From: an uncultured Alphaproteobacteria bacterium
GTDB taxonomy: Bacteria > Pseudomonadota > Alphaproteobacteria > Sphingomonadales > Sphingomonadaceae
Length of the DNA: 64,000 bases
Reading direction: 5' to 3'
Assembly: GCA_963830685.1 (NCBI GenBank)
Contig: CAWHNF010000002.1
Span: 446,777 to 510,776 of the forward strand
This document shows positions 9,576 through 20,286 of this stretch, piece after piece. Every line of letters begins with the position of its first letter. Position 1 is the stretch's first letter. The translations under genes and the position numbers were made by a program. The notes under the pieces were generated by a model. The model was given only the letters and a program-made list of their open reading frames with translations, searched no databases and was not told where the DNA came from.

Positions 9576-11254
9576 AGACGTTTTTTGCGCTGGCACTGCT
9601 GGCGATTTCCACCCCTGCCTTTGCTGATGGCATCGTCGAGAATGTCAACGGCATCACGCTCGATAAAGACGGCAAGGTTATCCGTTTCAATGCTGTGCTG
9701 ATTGGCAAAGACGGCAAGGTCACGCAGCTACTGTCGGGCAAGGACAAGGCACCCAAGCAACCCGACTTCCGTCATGATGGGCGCGGCGCGACGATGTTGC
9801 CCGGGCTGATTGACGCGCACGGGCATGTAATGGGGCTGGGATTCCAGCAGCTGACGCTCGACCTGTCGGCCACCAACAGCCTTGCCGAAGCGCAGACCGC
9901 TATCCGTGATTATGCTGCAAAAAACCCCGACCGGCGCTGGATAATAGGGCGCGGGTGGAACCAGGAAAAATGGGGTCTGGGCCGCTTTCCGACTGCTGCC
10001 GATTTGGATGCCGCAGTGACTGACCGACCGGTTTGGCTTGAACGGGTCGATGGCCATGCAGGTTGGGCGAATAGCCGCGCGATGCAGATTGCGGGTGTTA
10101 CGGCAGCTTCAAAGTCTCAAGCCGGTGGGCGGATTGAATTGGCCGGGGGGAAGCCAAGTGGCATTTTCGTGGACGCCGCTTCGGAACTTGTCGGCAAATT
10201 CGTGCCCCCGCCCAAGCCGCTCGAACGCGACATCGCGCTCGGCGAAGCACAGAAAAAGCTGCTTTCTCAAGGCATCACCGCTATCGCCGATATGGGAACC
10301 ACTATTGACGACTGGCAAAGCTATCGTCGCGCGGGCGACGCTGGCTGGCTGTCGATGCGGATTTTCAGCTATGCCGCTGGTATCGACAACATGGTCATGA
10401 TTGCCGGACCAAAGCCCACGCCGTGGCTCTATGACGACAAATTGCGCCTTGGCGGAGTTAAGCTCTATCTCGATGGCGCGCTGGGCAGTCGCGGCGCATG
10501 GCTTAAAAAGCCATATAGTGACGCCCCCGGCCAGACCGGCCTGCAATTTCTTGCAAGCGCCGAAATCCGCAACCTGATGGTGCGCGCGTCGATGGATGGG
10601 TTCCAGACCGCAATTCACGCCATCGGCGATGCAGCAAATGCCGAAGTCATAAGCGCGGTCGAAGAATTGTCCGAAGCCTATAAGGATGATCGCCGCTGGC
10701 GGATTGAGCATGTGCAGATTGTCGATCCAATCGACCTGCAAAAGCTCGGGCAACATGGCATTATTTCATCGATGCAGCCGGTGCATCAGACATCGGACCG
10801 AACAATGGCAGAGGCACGGCTCGGACAAGAAAGGCTGAAAGGTGCTTATGCGTGGCAGTCGATCGCCAAGGCGGGCGGTAAGCTCGCTTTTGGCTCGGAC
10901 GTGCCAGTTGAGTCAGCCGATCCGTTCGCCGGTCTGGCCACCGCTATGACGCGCGAAGATGCGGCGGGCCAGCCATTCGGCGGCTGGCGCCCCGAAGAAC
11001 GGGTGACGCGCGAGCAGGCGCTCGCTGGTTTCACGACGGGTGCGGCTTATGCGGCGTTTGCCGAAACCAAAGTTGGTTCGCTGACACCCGGTCATCATGC
11101 AGACTTCATCCTGATCGACGTCGATCCGCTGCTTGCGTCGCCGTCTGAACTGCGTAAGGCAGTTGTCAAGGAAACATGGGTGGGTGGCCGCCCGGTTTAT
11201 AAAAATGCTGCAGCCATTGCTGCAGGCGAACGCAAAGATGGAGAGACACGATAA
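9572..11254 (+). CDS. Secreted YtcJ-like amidohydrolase
   Basis: ATGA overlap start; signal peptide; PGLIDAHGH, DGALGSRGAW, HAIGD, RIEH, FGSD. Confidence 0.92.
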   Translation: MKTFFALALLAISTPAFADGIVENVNGITLDKDGKVIRFNAVLIGKDGKVTQLLSGKDKAPKQPDFRHDGRGATMLPGLIDAHGHVMGLGFQQLTLDLSATNSLAEAQTAIRDYAAKNPDRRWIIGRGWNQEKWGLGRFPTAADLDAAVTDRPVWLERVDGHAGWANSRAMQIAGVTAASKSQAGGRIELAGGKPSGIFVDAASELVGKFVPPPKPLERDIALGEAQKKLLSQGITAIADMGTTIDDWQSYRRAGDAGWLSMRIFSYAAGIDNMVMIAGPKPTPWLYDDKLRLGGVKLYLDGALGSRGAWLKKPYSDAPGQTGLQFLASAEIRNLMVRASMDGFQTAIHAIGDAANAEVISAVEELSEAYKDDRRWRIEHVQIVDPIDLQKLGQHGIISSMQPVHQTSDRTMAEARLGQERLKGAYAWQSIAKAGGKLAFGSDVPVESADPFAGLATAMTREDAAGQPFGGWRPEERVTREQALAGFTTGAAYAAFAETKVGSLTPGHHADFILIDVDPLLASPSELRKAVVKETWVGGRPVYKNAAAIAAGERKDGETR

Positions 11255-12273
11255 TGGCACGCGCATGGACATTGGCTAGCCGCCCGGCAGGGCTTCCCAA
11301 CGACAGCAATTTTGCGATGATCGATACGCCTGATGCGCCGCTAGCCGACGGCGAGTTTCGCGTCGCCAACAGCTGGCTTTCAGTCGACCCCTATATGCGC
11401 GGACGGATGAACGATGCGAAAAGCTATGCTGATCCATTTGTGCTGGGCGAACCGATGACCGGTGGTGCAGTCGGTGCAGTAACCGAAAGTAATAACCCGG
11501 ATTTTCCGGTCGGCGCTAAAGTGCTCCATATGGGCGGCTGGCGTGACAGCGTTGTTTTGGGTGGTGGCAAAACGCCGCCAGCAGGGATGCCACCGGTGAA
11601 GCTACCTGAGCTCGGTGTTCCGGATCAGCATTGGCTCAGCATCATGGGCATGCCCGGCGGCACTGCATGGTTTGGCCTGCTCAAGGTAGCCGATGCCAAG
11701 CCCGGCGAAGTCGTATTCATATCTGCTGCGGCAGGTGCGGTTGGCTCTACCGTAACGCAAATCGCCAAGGCCAAGGGCATGAAAGTCATCGGCTCCGCTG
11801 GTGGCGCGGACAAATGCGCTTGGGTGAAAGAATTGGGTGCTGACGCAGTAATCGATTATAAGGCAGGCAAAGTGCTGCCGCAATTGATGGCGGCGCTGAA
11901 GGAAATGGGCGAACCCGGTATCGACGTGTATTTCGACAATGTCGGCGGCGAACATTTCGATGCGGCGCTGGCGACATCGAAAGAATGGGCGCGATTTGCG
12001 ATCTGCGGGATGATCGACGTCTATAACGACTTCAAGGCGCAGCCGATGCAATATCTGCCGATGATTATCGGCAAGCGCGTAACCATAAAGGGTTTCTTGT
12101 ACCCCGATTTTTATGCGCAAGTCCCGGAATTCAACACCGACATGGCCGGCCTGATTGCATCGGGGGCGGTCAAAGGGCGCGAGACTGTGAAGGAAGGGCT
12201 CGAAAAAACGCCTGAAGCGTTCATCGGGCTGTTCAGTGGCGAAAACACCGGAAAGATGCTCGTCAAGCTATAG
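11254..12273 (+). CDS. NADP-dependent oxidoreductase (CurA/YncB, PTGR family)
   Basis: LSVDPYMRGRM, SAAAGAVGS, FDNVGG, GENTGKMLV. Confidence 0.93.
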   Translation: MARAWTLASRPAGLPNDSNFAMIDTPDAPLADGEFRVANSWLSVDPYMRGRMNDAKSYADPFVLGEPMTGGAVGAVTESNNPDFPVGAKVLHMGGWRDSVVLGGGKTPPAGMPPVKLPELGVPDQHWLSIMGMPGGTAWFGLLKVADAKPGEVVFISAAAGAVGSTVTQIAKAKGMKVIGSAGGADKCAWVKELGADAVIDYKAGKVLPQLMAALKEMGEPGIDVYFDNVGGEHFDAALATSKEWARFAICGMIDVYNDFKAQPMQYLPMIIGKRVTIKGFLYPDFYAQVPEFNTDMAGLIASGAVKGRETVKEGLEKTPEAFIGLFSGENTGKMLVKL

Positions 12274-12483
12274 GTGCGGTAAAATTGCTGCGCAGCAATT
12301 TGCGCCCTTAAATCGCTGGATTGAAGCTTGATAGCGTCATGCATGCCGTAGCGTCAATTTGATGATTGTTGCACAATAGCATCACTGCAGCAATTTCAAG
12401 GGATTCCGCGCTTTACGCCGATGACATTCGTATGCGTCTCAGCTACATTGTTACAAAATAATGTCGAAACAGGAGAGTATGCG

Positions 12484-15267
12484 ATGTCGGGACGTGACAA
12501 AACCTTTATCCACGCACTAAAATTTTCTGCAGCATGCATCGCGTTGGCGATGCCAACGCTGTCATTTGCACAGGAAGAGCCGCAGGCAGAAGAAGCCACG
12601 ACGAACGATGACGAAATCGTTGTTACCGCGCAGGGCCGTACACAATTGCTGTCGGACGTGCCTGTTGCGATTTCCGCAGTCAACGCCGAGACGCTTCAGA
12701 ACAGCGGTGCGAACGACATTCGTCAGTTGAACCAGGTTGCGCCTTCACTGCTCGTTTCGTCGACAGGTTCAGAAGCCAATGGGTCCGCCCGTATCCGCGG
12801 CATCGGTACTGTGGGCGACAACCCCGGCCTCGAAAGCTCGGTCCCTGTATTCATTGACGGCGTTTACCGTTCGCGTTCGGGTATCGGCCTGAACGAACTC
12901 GGCGAAATCGACCGCGTCGAAGTGCAGCGCGGCCCGCAGGGTACGCTCGGTGGACGTAACTCGTCGGCCGGTCTGATTAGCATCTATTCGAAGAAGCCTT
13001 CGTTCACTTTCGGCGGCACCGGCGAGCTGACATACGGCAATTATGAATTCATGCGCGCCGCGACCAGCTTCACTGGCCCAATCACCGAACAACTCGCGTT
13101 CCGCGTCGATGGCGTTTACGTAAAGCGCGATGGTTTTTATACCGACGACCAGAATGGCCGCGATGTTAATAATCGCGACCGTTATTTCCTGCGTGGGCAG
13201 TTGTTGTTCGAACCATCAGACGCGCTGTCGATCCGCCTGATCGCGGATTACACGTCGCGTAAGGAAGAATGCTGCGCGGCAACCTATGTCGACCAAACGG
13301 TCAATCAGTATATCGGCAACCTGAATAACCCGTCGACCCCACTTTCGCCGCTATCGACAAGTGGCAATAACATTATCAACGTGTTGCGCGATTTAGGGCA
13401 AGGCTTGGGGGCCTTCAATCAGGGCTATGGCCGCAAAATCTCGGTCAGCCCCAACCGCGTATTTACCGGTGAGACAAAGGATTATGGTTTCTCAGGCCAG
13501 ATCGATTATGACTTCGGCGGCGCAACGCTGACTTCGATTACCGCTTACCGCCAGTATCGTTCGGGTCAGGCATCTGACACCGACTACGGCGAAGTTGATA
13601 TTCTCTACCGTGCACCAAGCGACGATGCTTACCGCCAGTTCCACACCTTCACACAGGAACTGCGGTTGCAGGGCGAAGCCTTTGGCGGCTCGCTCGACTG
13701 GCTGATCGGCGGCTTCTACGCTAATGAAAAGCTCACTGTTCGCGATAATCTGCGCTTTGGTAACCAATATGGCCGGTTCGCTACATGCCGTATCGTCTCA
13801 GGCGGTTTGGCCGCTGGTTACTCACCAACCGGTCAGGCTTGCCTCAATGCTCCAGTAAGAGGCGCTATTGCCGCAGGGCTGTCTGCGCTGGGTGCTGGCG
13901 GACCAGCCATTCTTGCCGGGCTCGACCGTCTGGACACGATGAATGATCGCGGGACCACCAATGACCGTTATTTCCAAAATGGCACCAACTGGGCGATATT
14001 CACCCACAATATCGTGCACATTACCGATACGCTCGATCTGACGCTTGGTGTCCGCTACACAAAGGACAAGAAAAAGTTTAATGCCGCCTTCGGTAATGAC
14101 AATACCGTTTGCACCGCCAACCAGGCAGCGCTCACGCCGTTTTTAACGACAGCTCTCGCCGGAACAGCAGGCGGTATTATCGGCCTTTCATGCCAAGGCA
14201 ACTCGACCGCTGAACTCAACGGTGTGACGATCAAAGACAGCCGTGGCGAGGACGAGGTCACCGGCACCGCGATCCTTTCGTGGAAACCCACCGATGACTT
14301 GCTGCTCTATGGCAGCTTCGCACGCGGTTACAAGGCTGGCGGGTTCAATCTCGACCGGTCGGCACTCAAATCGCCGGTGCCAACATTTGCATCTGTAGGC
14401 GGCGCGCAAGCGCTGGTCGGCAACCTGCAATTCGATCCTGAACTGGTCGACAGCTACGAAATCGGAGCAAAATATTCGACCGGGCCGTTCAGCCTGAGCG
14501 TGTCAGCGTTCCGTTCGGATTTCTCGAACTTTCAGTTGAATACCTTCAACGGCACGGTGTTTCTCGTGCAGACCATTAACGGATGCAACAATCTGATTGG
14601 CGGGCCGAACGCTGATACGGATCAGAATTTGTCGGCAGCGGGAAGCAACTTCAATTCCGCACCGAACACAACCGGAACCTGTGCTGCCGGGGACGTAACC
14701 TATGGCGTCCGGACGCAAGGCGTCGAGCTTGAAGCGTCACTGGTTCCAGCGCGCAACTTCCGCGTCGCTGCCGGTCTGACATACGCCCGTACCAAATATC
14801 AGGACGACCTGATTGGCACCAAAAATGGCACGGCACTCGATACCGCACTTCGCAAGCTGCCCGGCGACAATCTTTCAAATGCGCCGGAGCTTGTGGCGAC
14901 TTCGAGCGTAACTTGGACGCCGGAAATCGGCAGCGGCGGGTTGACTGGCTTGGTATATATCGATGGCCGTATGACCAGCGATTACAACACCGGTTCCGAC
15001 CTATTCCCGCAAAAGGAACAGGACGGCTTTGCGGTGTTTAACGCGCGCATCGGTCTTCGTGGTCCCGACGAAGCGTGGGGTCTTGAACTATGGGCTCAGA
15101 ATATCTTCAATGAAGATTATGCACAGGTCGCTTTCAATACGCCGTTCCAGGCGGGTGCTACCTCGGCACCTTTCGTTGACCCGCAATATCCCGGTGGTCG
15201 CCAGATCTTCTCGCAGTTCCTTGCCGAGCCGCGGACTTACGGCATCACGCTGCGCGGCAAGTTCTAA
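12484..15267 (+). CDS. TonB-dependent receptor
   Basis: Signal peptide, EIVVTAQ TonB box, plug motif RVEVQRGPQGTL, C-terminal EPRTYGITLRGKF. Confidence 0.96.
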   Translation: MSGRDKTFIHALKFSAACIALAMPTLSFAQEEPQAEEATTNDDEIVVTAQGRTQLLSDVPVAISAVNAETLQNSGANDIRQLNQVAPSLLVSSTGSEANGSARIRGIGTVGDNPGLESSVPVFIDGVYRSRSGIGLNELGEIDRVEVQRGPQGTLGGRNSSAGLISIYSKKPSFTFGGTGELTYGNYEFMRAATSFTGPITEQLAFRVDGVYVKRDGFYTDDQNGRDVNNRDRYFLRGQLLFEPSDALSIRLIADYTSRKEECCAATYVDQTVNQYIGNLNNPSTPLSPLSTSGNNIINVLRDLGQGLGAFNQGYGRKISVSPNRVFTGETKDYGFSGQIDYDFGGATLTSITAYRQYRSGQASDTDYGEVDILYRAPSDDAYRQFHTFTQELRLQGEAFGGSLDWLIGGFYANEKLTVRDNLRFGNQYGRFATCRIVSGGLAAGYSPTGQACLNAPVRGAIAAGLSALGAGGPAILAGLDRLDTMNDRGTTNDRYFQNGTNWAIFTHNIVHITDTLDLTLGVRYTKDKKKFNAAFGNDNTVCTANQAALTPFLTTALAGTAGGIIGLSCQGNSTAELNGVTIKDSRGEDEVTGTAILSWKPTDDLLLYGSFARGYKAGGFNLDRSALKSPVPTFASVGGAQALVGNLQFDPELVDSYEIGAKYSTGPFSLSVSAFRSDFSNFQLNTFNGTVFLVQTINGCNNLIGGPNADTDQNLSAAGSNFNSAPNTTGTCAAGDVTYGVRTQGVELEASLVPARNFRVAAGLTYARTKYQDDLIGTKNGTALDTALRKLPGDNLSNAPELVATSSVTWTPEIGSGGLTGLVYIDGRMTSDYNTGSDLFPQKEQDGFAVFNARIGLRGPDEAWGLELWAQNIFNEDYAQVAFNTPFQAGATSAPFVDPQYPGGRQIFSQFLAEPRTYGITLRGKF

Positions 15268-15288
15268 CCGGCTCATCCACACAAAAAG

Positions 15289-15320
15289 AAAAGGGCTCGC
15301 AGCGATGCGGGCCCTTTTTT
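15289..15320. terminator. Bidirectional Rho-independent terminator
   Basis: aaaagggctcgca-gcga-tgcgggccctttttt between convergent genes. Confidence 0.85.
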
Positions 15321-15340
15321 ATTAGCGCAACGATGAAGAA

Positions 15341-16714
15341 TTAGCTGCCGAAACCAACGCTCAGGAAACCGGGCATTGGGCCATTCCAGTCGGCATCCGC
15401 CACGGCGTCATCGGCCTCTTGCTTCGGTGCAGGCTTTGATCTTGCTGGTTTCTTTTCGACGGGTGGGGACGCTGGTTGCGGCTTGTCCTGTTCGGGCTTT
15501 GCAGTTTTATTCGTTGCGGAAGGCGTCCTGCGTCCGCGTTTGGCAGGGGCACGCTCTTCGGCATCCACTGCCGGTGCTTCAATCTGGCCCAACCGCTCGA
15601 TTTTCATGCCGGTCAGTTTTTCGATGCTGGCAATCGCTTCTTCGTCGGCCTTGGTGACGAAGGTGAAGGCTTTGCCCTTTGCCCCTGCCCGGCCGGTCCG
15701 GCCGATCCGATGCACATAATCATCGGGATGCCAGGGCGCGTCGAAATTGAACACATGGCTGACGCCCTTAATATCCAAGCCGCGCGCCGCTACGTCGGAC
15801 GCGACAAGCAGATCAATGTCGCCGTTCTTGAACGCTTCCAACTGCTTCTGACGCGATGCCTGATCGATATCGCCATGGATCTCGCCCGAGCGTAAACCGT
15901 GGCGCTGCAAGCTGGTGTTCAACTCGCGCACCGTCGTCTTGCGGTTGCAGAAGATGATTGCGTTGGAGACTTTTTCGCTGCGGATTAAATCACGCAAAAC
16001 GTCGCGCTTCTTCATCGGCGAGACGTTGACCAGAAACTGCTCGATATTGATATTGGCCGTCGCGGGACGCGCTACTTCGATATATTTGGGGTTCGACAAA
16101 AACTTGTCGGCCAGCTTCTTGATGGGCGGTGGCATCGTGGCCGAAAACAGCAATGTCTGGCGCGTCGCTGGTAGCTTCGTACAGATATGCTCGATGTCGG
16201 GAATGAAGCCCATATCGAGCATCCGGTCAGCCTCATCGATGACCAGCATTTCGCACCCGGTCAGCAAAATCTTGCCGCGTTCGAACAAGTCCATCAGCCG
16301 GCCCGGCGTGGCGATGAGCACATCGACGCCCTTTTCCAGCGCCTTGACCTGATCGCCCATCTGCACGCCGCCAATGAGCAGTGCCATCGAAAGCTTGTGA
16401 TATTTGCCGTATTTCTCGAAATTCTCGGCCACCTGCGCAGCGAGTTCGCGCGTGGGCTCCAATATGAGCGAACGGGGCATCCGCGCCCGCGCACGGCCAT
16501 TAGCGAGCACATCAATCATCGGCAAAACAAAGCTTGCAGTCTTGCCGGTGCCGGTCTGCGCAATTGCGATGATGTCGCGCATCATCTGTACTTGCGGGAT
16601 TGCGGCGGCCTGGATTGGGGTCGGCGTATCATAGCCAGCCTCGGTAACGGCTCTCAAAAGTTCATCAGACAAGCCGATATCGGCAAAGCGCATATTATTG
16701 TTCCGGAAAAGCAA
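15341..16714 (-). CDS. DEAD-box RNA helicase (RhlE-like)
   Basis: AQTGTGKT, PTRELA, DEAD, SAT, HRIGRTGR. Confidence 0.96.
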   Translation of the reverse strand: MLFRNNNMRFADIGLSDELLRAVTEAGYDTPTPIQAAAIPQVQMMRDIIAIAQTGTGKTASFVLPMIDVLANGRARARMPRSLILEPTRELAAQVAENFEKYGKYHKLSMALLIGGVQMGDQVKALEKGVDVLIATPGRLMDLFERGKILLTGCEMLVIDEADRMLDMGFIPDIEHICTKLPATRQTLLFSATMPPPIKKLADKFLSNPKYIEVARPATANINIEQFLVNVSPMKKRDVLRDLIRSEKVSNAIIFCNRKTTVRELNTSLQRHGLRSGEIHGDIDQASRQKQLEAFKNGDIDLLVASDVAARGLDIKGVSHVFNFDAPWHPDDYVHRIGRTGRAGAKGKAFTFVTKADEEAIASIEKLTGMKIERLGQIEAPAVDAEERAPAKRGRRTPSATNKTAKPEQDKPQPASPPVEKKPARSKPAPKQEADDAVADADWNGPMPGFLSVGFGS

Positions 16715-16801
16715 GGCACGCCATGCAAGCGATCAAGGACCGTTGTGGCTTGCGCGGCCTTTGGTCTGCTATTGGCAAAATGTCAAGGAAATTGGCCGTG
16801 A

Positions 16802-17323
16802 TTAGCGGGGAACAAGCAGCCGGAATTTGTCTACCTCACACTTCGCGCCGGTGCGTGCATGCAAAAGATCGCGGTCGACGCACAATTTGCCATCGGCCGG
16901 CCGCTCCATATAGGCACCTGCATAAAATTCACGAGCCAGGCAGCCATCGCCCAAATACGCCCTGATAATCACGCCATCGCGGGTCAATAGCTCGAGCGAC
17001 TGCTTTGTGCCAACCCGCGATCCAGCGAGCTTTTCAATCCAAAGGCATTTGCCTATTTTCTGCTCTTTATATTTGATAACCGCCGCGCTGGTTTTGCGAA
17101 GCCCATTTGCTCCCATCATTGCCTGCTGGCTGGGCAAGCGGACGATAACGCGCTGGTCGACACGAACCTGGTAGAAATTCGTGTCCAACCGGATAATCGG
17201 CGCAAACGGATTATCTGCTCTTACGATCTCTACTTGCCCCCAAGCGTTGTACGACATTGCCAGCAAGCCCGCCGCAAACAACACTGAGGTAAAGGCTGCG
17301 CGCAAGAATCGTTCCGGTATCAA
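16802..17323 (-). CDS. Conserved sphingomonad secreted hypothetical protein
   Basis: Signal/TM at N-terminus; Cys pattern KC..C..FY.G.Y...DGKLC..RD..HARTGAKC; start uncertain. Confidence 0.65.
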   Translation of the reverse strand: MIPERFLRAAFTSVLFAAGLLAMSYNAWGQVEIVRADNPFAPIIRLDTNFYQVRVDQRVIVRLPSQQAMMGANGLRKTSAAVIKYKEQKIGKCLWIEKLAGSRVGTKQSLELLTRDGVIIRAYLGDGCLAREFYAGAYMERPADGKLCVDRDLLHARTGAKCEVDKFRLLVPR

Positions 17324-17370
17324 GTTGAAGTTCGTGGAGCTTTAGTCGATAGGGTTGAACGTTATATGAA

Positions 17371-18840
17371 TTGAACATTCCGTCCATCGCTGTCAATCTA
17401 TCGGAAGACACCGTGCCAAATGTAAACGCATTATCCGAATTACGGGAATTGCTGGGACCGAAAGGGTTTACCGAGGACCTTGATGTCATGGCGCCCTGGC
17501 TTACCGACTGGCGCGGACGGTTTACCGGATCGGCAGCTGCCCTGGTGTCACCGTCCAATATCGAAGAGGTCGCCGCTGTCGTCCGCATTGCTGGCAAATA
17601 TCAATTGGCGCTGGTCCCGCAAGGCGGCAATAGCGGAATGGTCGCAGGTGCTACACCCGACGCCAGTGGCGAGCAGGTCATCATTTCTCTGCGCCGCATG
17701 AACGCCATACAGTCGGTCGACGCTGATAGCGGGCTGGTACGATGCGAAGCCGGCGCGATTTTGCAAAATCTACACGAAGCGGTTGCATCCGAAGGTCGGC
17801 GTTTTCCGTTGACCCTCGGCGGCAAGGGATCGGCAACTGTTGGCGGCCTGATATCTACTAACGCAGGCGGCACGCAGGTGCTACGCCACGGCACGATGCG
17901 TCAATTGGTTGCAGGGGTGCAGGCTGTGCTGCCTGATGGTTCCATCTACGATGGCATGGCACCGCTCAAAAAAGACAATCGTGGTTATGATCTGAAACAT
18001 CTGCTCATAGGCAGCGAAGGGACGATTGGTATTGTCACCGGCGCCGTGCTGCAAACTGTTCCTGCGCTCATTGACCGTGTGGTAATCTGGGTTGGGCTAG
18101 AAAGTCCGGAACAGGCCTATCGACTGCTCTTATTCATGCAAAGTCGCGCCCGCGACAGGCTTGAGGGGTTCGAAATATTGCCGCAACGCGCACTCGATGC
18201 GGTGGTCAAACATATCACCGGTACGCGGGCACCGCTTGATACCACACATCACTGGCATGCACTTATGGAGTTTGTGCAGGACGACCCCTCCCAGCCTGCG
18301 CCTGCCGAGCTGGCGACCAGATTGCTTGAAGAGGCAATCGGAGCTGGCCTGCTAGAGAACGCGACCATCGCCAGCAGCGAGGCACAGGCCGAGGCATTCT
18401 GGAAAATCCGGGACTCGATAGCCGAGGCTGAGCGCGCCGAAGGACCCGCACTTCAACATGATATCAGCGTCCCGGTGGAGGCGATGGCGAGGTTTATTAC
18501 GGCGGAATCCCCGGTGATTGAGGACCAATGGCCGGGAACGAAAACTGTTGCTTTCGGTCATTTGGGCGACGGCAACATTCATTTTCACGTCAAGGCTCCA
18601 ACCGATGTTGCAGTCGCAGACTGGTATGCCGGCGAAGGCAAGGCGATAACGTCACATGTTTATAACCGTGTGCGCGATTATGCGGGGTCGCTATCTGCCG
18701 AACATGGCATTGGCCAAGCAAAAATTGACGAGTTTGCCAGACTTTCGGAACCTGCGCGATTATCCGCCTTACGGGCAATCAAATCAGCGTTCGATCCGCT
18801 TGGCATCATGAACCCCGGCAAGCTTGTTCCGCTTGCCTAA
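17371..18840 (+). CDS. FAD-binding oxidoreductase (D-2-hydroxyacid dehydrogenase family)
   Basis: PQGGNSG, GGLISTNAGG, GSEGTIG, GHLGDGNIH, SAEHGIG, NPGK; start may be GTG at 17413. Confidence 0.93.
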   Translation: MNIPSIAVNLSEDTVPNVNALSELRELLGPKGFTEDLDVMAPWLTDWRGRFTGSAAALVSPSNIEEVAAVVRIAGKYQLALVPQGGNSGMVAGATPDASGEQVIISLRRMNAIQSVDADSGLVRCEAGAILQNLHEAVASEGRRFPLTLGGKGSATVGGLISTNAGGTQVLRHGTMRQLVAGVQAVLPDGSIYDGMAPLKKDNRGYDLKHLLIGSEGTIGIVTGAVLQTVPALIDRVVIWVGLESPEQAYRLLLFMQSRARDRLEGFEILPQRALDAVVKHITGTRAPLDTTHHWHALMEFVQDDPSQPAPAELATRLLEEAIGAGLLENATIASSEAQAEAFWKIRDSIAEAERAEGPALQHDISVPVEAMARFITAESPVIEDQWPGTKTVAFGHLGDGNIHFHVKAPTDVAVADWYAGEGKAITSHVYNRVRDYAGSLSAEHGIGQAKIDEFARLSEPARLSALRAIKSAFDPLGIMNPGKLVPLA

Positions 18841-18905
18841 GCGAGCCTGTCCGCCTAAAGCGCCGCAACGAATTTCTGTCACTTTCTCAATCAATGGAGT
18901 TTCCG

Positions 18906-19685
18906 ATGGCCACCGCGCCCCAAGCCGCCAATTTGCCGCTTCTTTATAAAGACCTGGTCCCGCTGAACAGCAATGAACATGGGACATGGAAATCGCGAAT
19001 GCTGGAAAATGCGAAGTTCATGGACGGCCAACATGCCATCCCGCTGACGATCGAAGAGTTCGTGCCTGCATCACGCAATTATCCAATTATTTTTTCGGCA
19101 TCGGAAACCCCTGTGCCTTTGGTGCTGATGGGAATGAATGAGGGCGTCAACACCTTCATGAATGAAGAGGGGCAGTTTGATCGCCCGGTTTATGTGCCTG
19201 CATATATCCGTCGCTATCCATTTTTGCTCGCCAAGCTTCGTCCGGATACCGACGAATTGTCACTGTGCTTTGATCCGACATCTGGCGCGGTTGGCGAATA
19301 TGACGAAGGCACCGCATTATTTGAAGATGGTCAGCCGAGCGAAAATACCAAAGCTATCCTGAAATTCTGCGAAGACTTTGAAAATGCGGGTGCACAAACG
19401 CACGCGTTCGTCGAAGAATTGCAAAAGCTTGACCTGCTAATGGACGGTGAAGTTTCGATTCAGCAAGAAGGCCAGGATACGCCTTTCATCTATCGCGGTT
19501 TCAAAATGGTTGATGAAACCAAGCTGCGCGATCTGCGCGGCGATGCCGTGCGCAAGCTCAACCAGAACGGCATTCTCGCGCTTATCCACGCGCATCTGTT
19601 CTCGTTACAGCTGATGCGCGAAATATTTGCAGTTCAAGTTGCACAGGGTAAGGTACCCCAAGTGACGGAACTGCCAGCGGCATAA
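18906..19685 (+). CDS. SapC family protein
   Basis: YPIIF, YVPAYIRRYPF, AHLFSL. Confidence 0.88.
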   Translation: MATAPQAANLPLLYKDLVPLNSNEHGTWKSRMLENAKFMDGQHAIPLTIEEFVPASRNYPIIFSASETPVPLVLMGMNEGVNTFMNEEGQFDRPVYVPAYIRRYPFLLAKLRPDTDELSLCFDPTSGAVGEYDEGTALFEDGQPSENTKAILKFCEDFENAGAQTHAFVEELQKLDLLMDGEVSIQQEGQDTPFIYRGFKMVDETKLRDLRGDAVRKLNQNGILALIHAHLFSLQLMREIFAVQVAQGKVPQVTELPAA

Positions 19686-19736
19686 TAACCGCTAAAACCA
19701 ACATGCCGTCACTTCATGCTTTAAAGGAGTGACGGC

Positions 19737-20261
19737 GTGGGAAAATATAGCAAGACAGCCATTGCACTGCACTGGATCATCGCGATTCTGATTGTTAGCA
19801 ATGTGACATTAGCCAGCATGTCGGAAGATTTACCGCGCGCTGCCAAGGCGGCCTATATGGATCCGCATAAGGCCATTGGCATTTCCATCCTGCTGTTGTC
19901 GCTTCTCCGATTGTTTTGGCGCATCGGACACAAACCACCGCCGATGCCCGACGCGATTACCGGATGGCAGGCGACGCTGGGCAAAGCAGTTCACGCGCTT
20001 TTCTATTTCCTGATTATTGCAGTGCCGGTCACCGGCTGGCTGATGGTCGCCGCTCGTCCCGGTGCCCCGCCCGTGGATTTCTTTGGCCTATTCAGCATTG
20101 ACCTGCCCGTGGGTGATAGCAAGGCGTTGTCTGGTTTCGGTCATGAAGGCCATGAAATCCTGACTAAACCGCTGGTCATCCTTATTTTCCTGCACGTCAT
20201 CGGCGCGTTGAAGCATCAATTTGCCGACCGCCTGCCCTTCATCCAGCGCATGTGGCCATAA
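19737..20261 (+). CDS. Cytochrome b561 (YceJ-like)
   Basis: LHW, HKAIG, H..Y..P.TGW, H..GALKH haem ligands. Confidence 0.92.
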   Translation: MGKYSKTAIALHWIIAILIVSNVTLASMSEDLPRAAKAAYMDPHKAIGISILLLSLLRLFWRIGHKPPPMPDAITGWQATLGKAVHALFYFLIIAVPVTGWLMVAARPGAPPVDFFGLFSIDLPVGDSKALSGFGHEGHEILTKPLVILIFLHVIGALKHQFADRLPFIQRMWP

Positions 20262-20286
20262 AGGGAACCGGCAGGCGGGGCACCGG

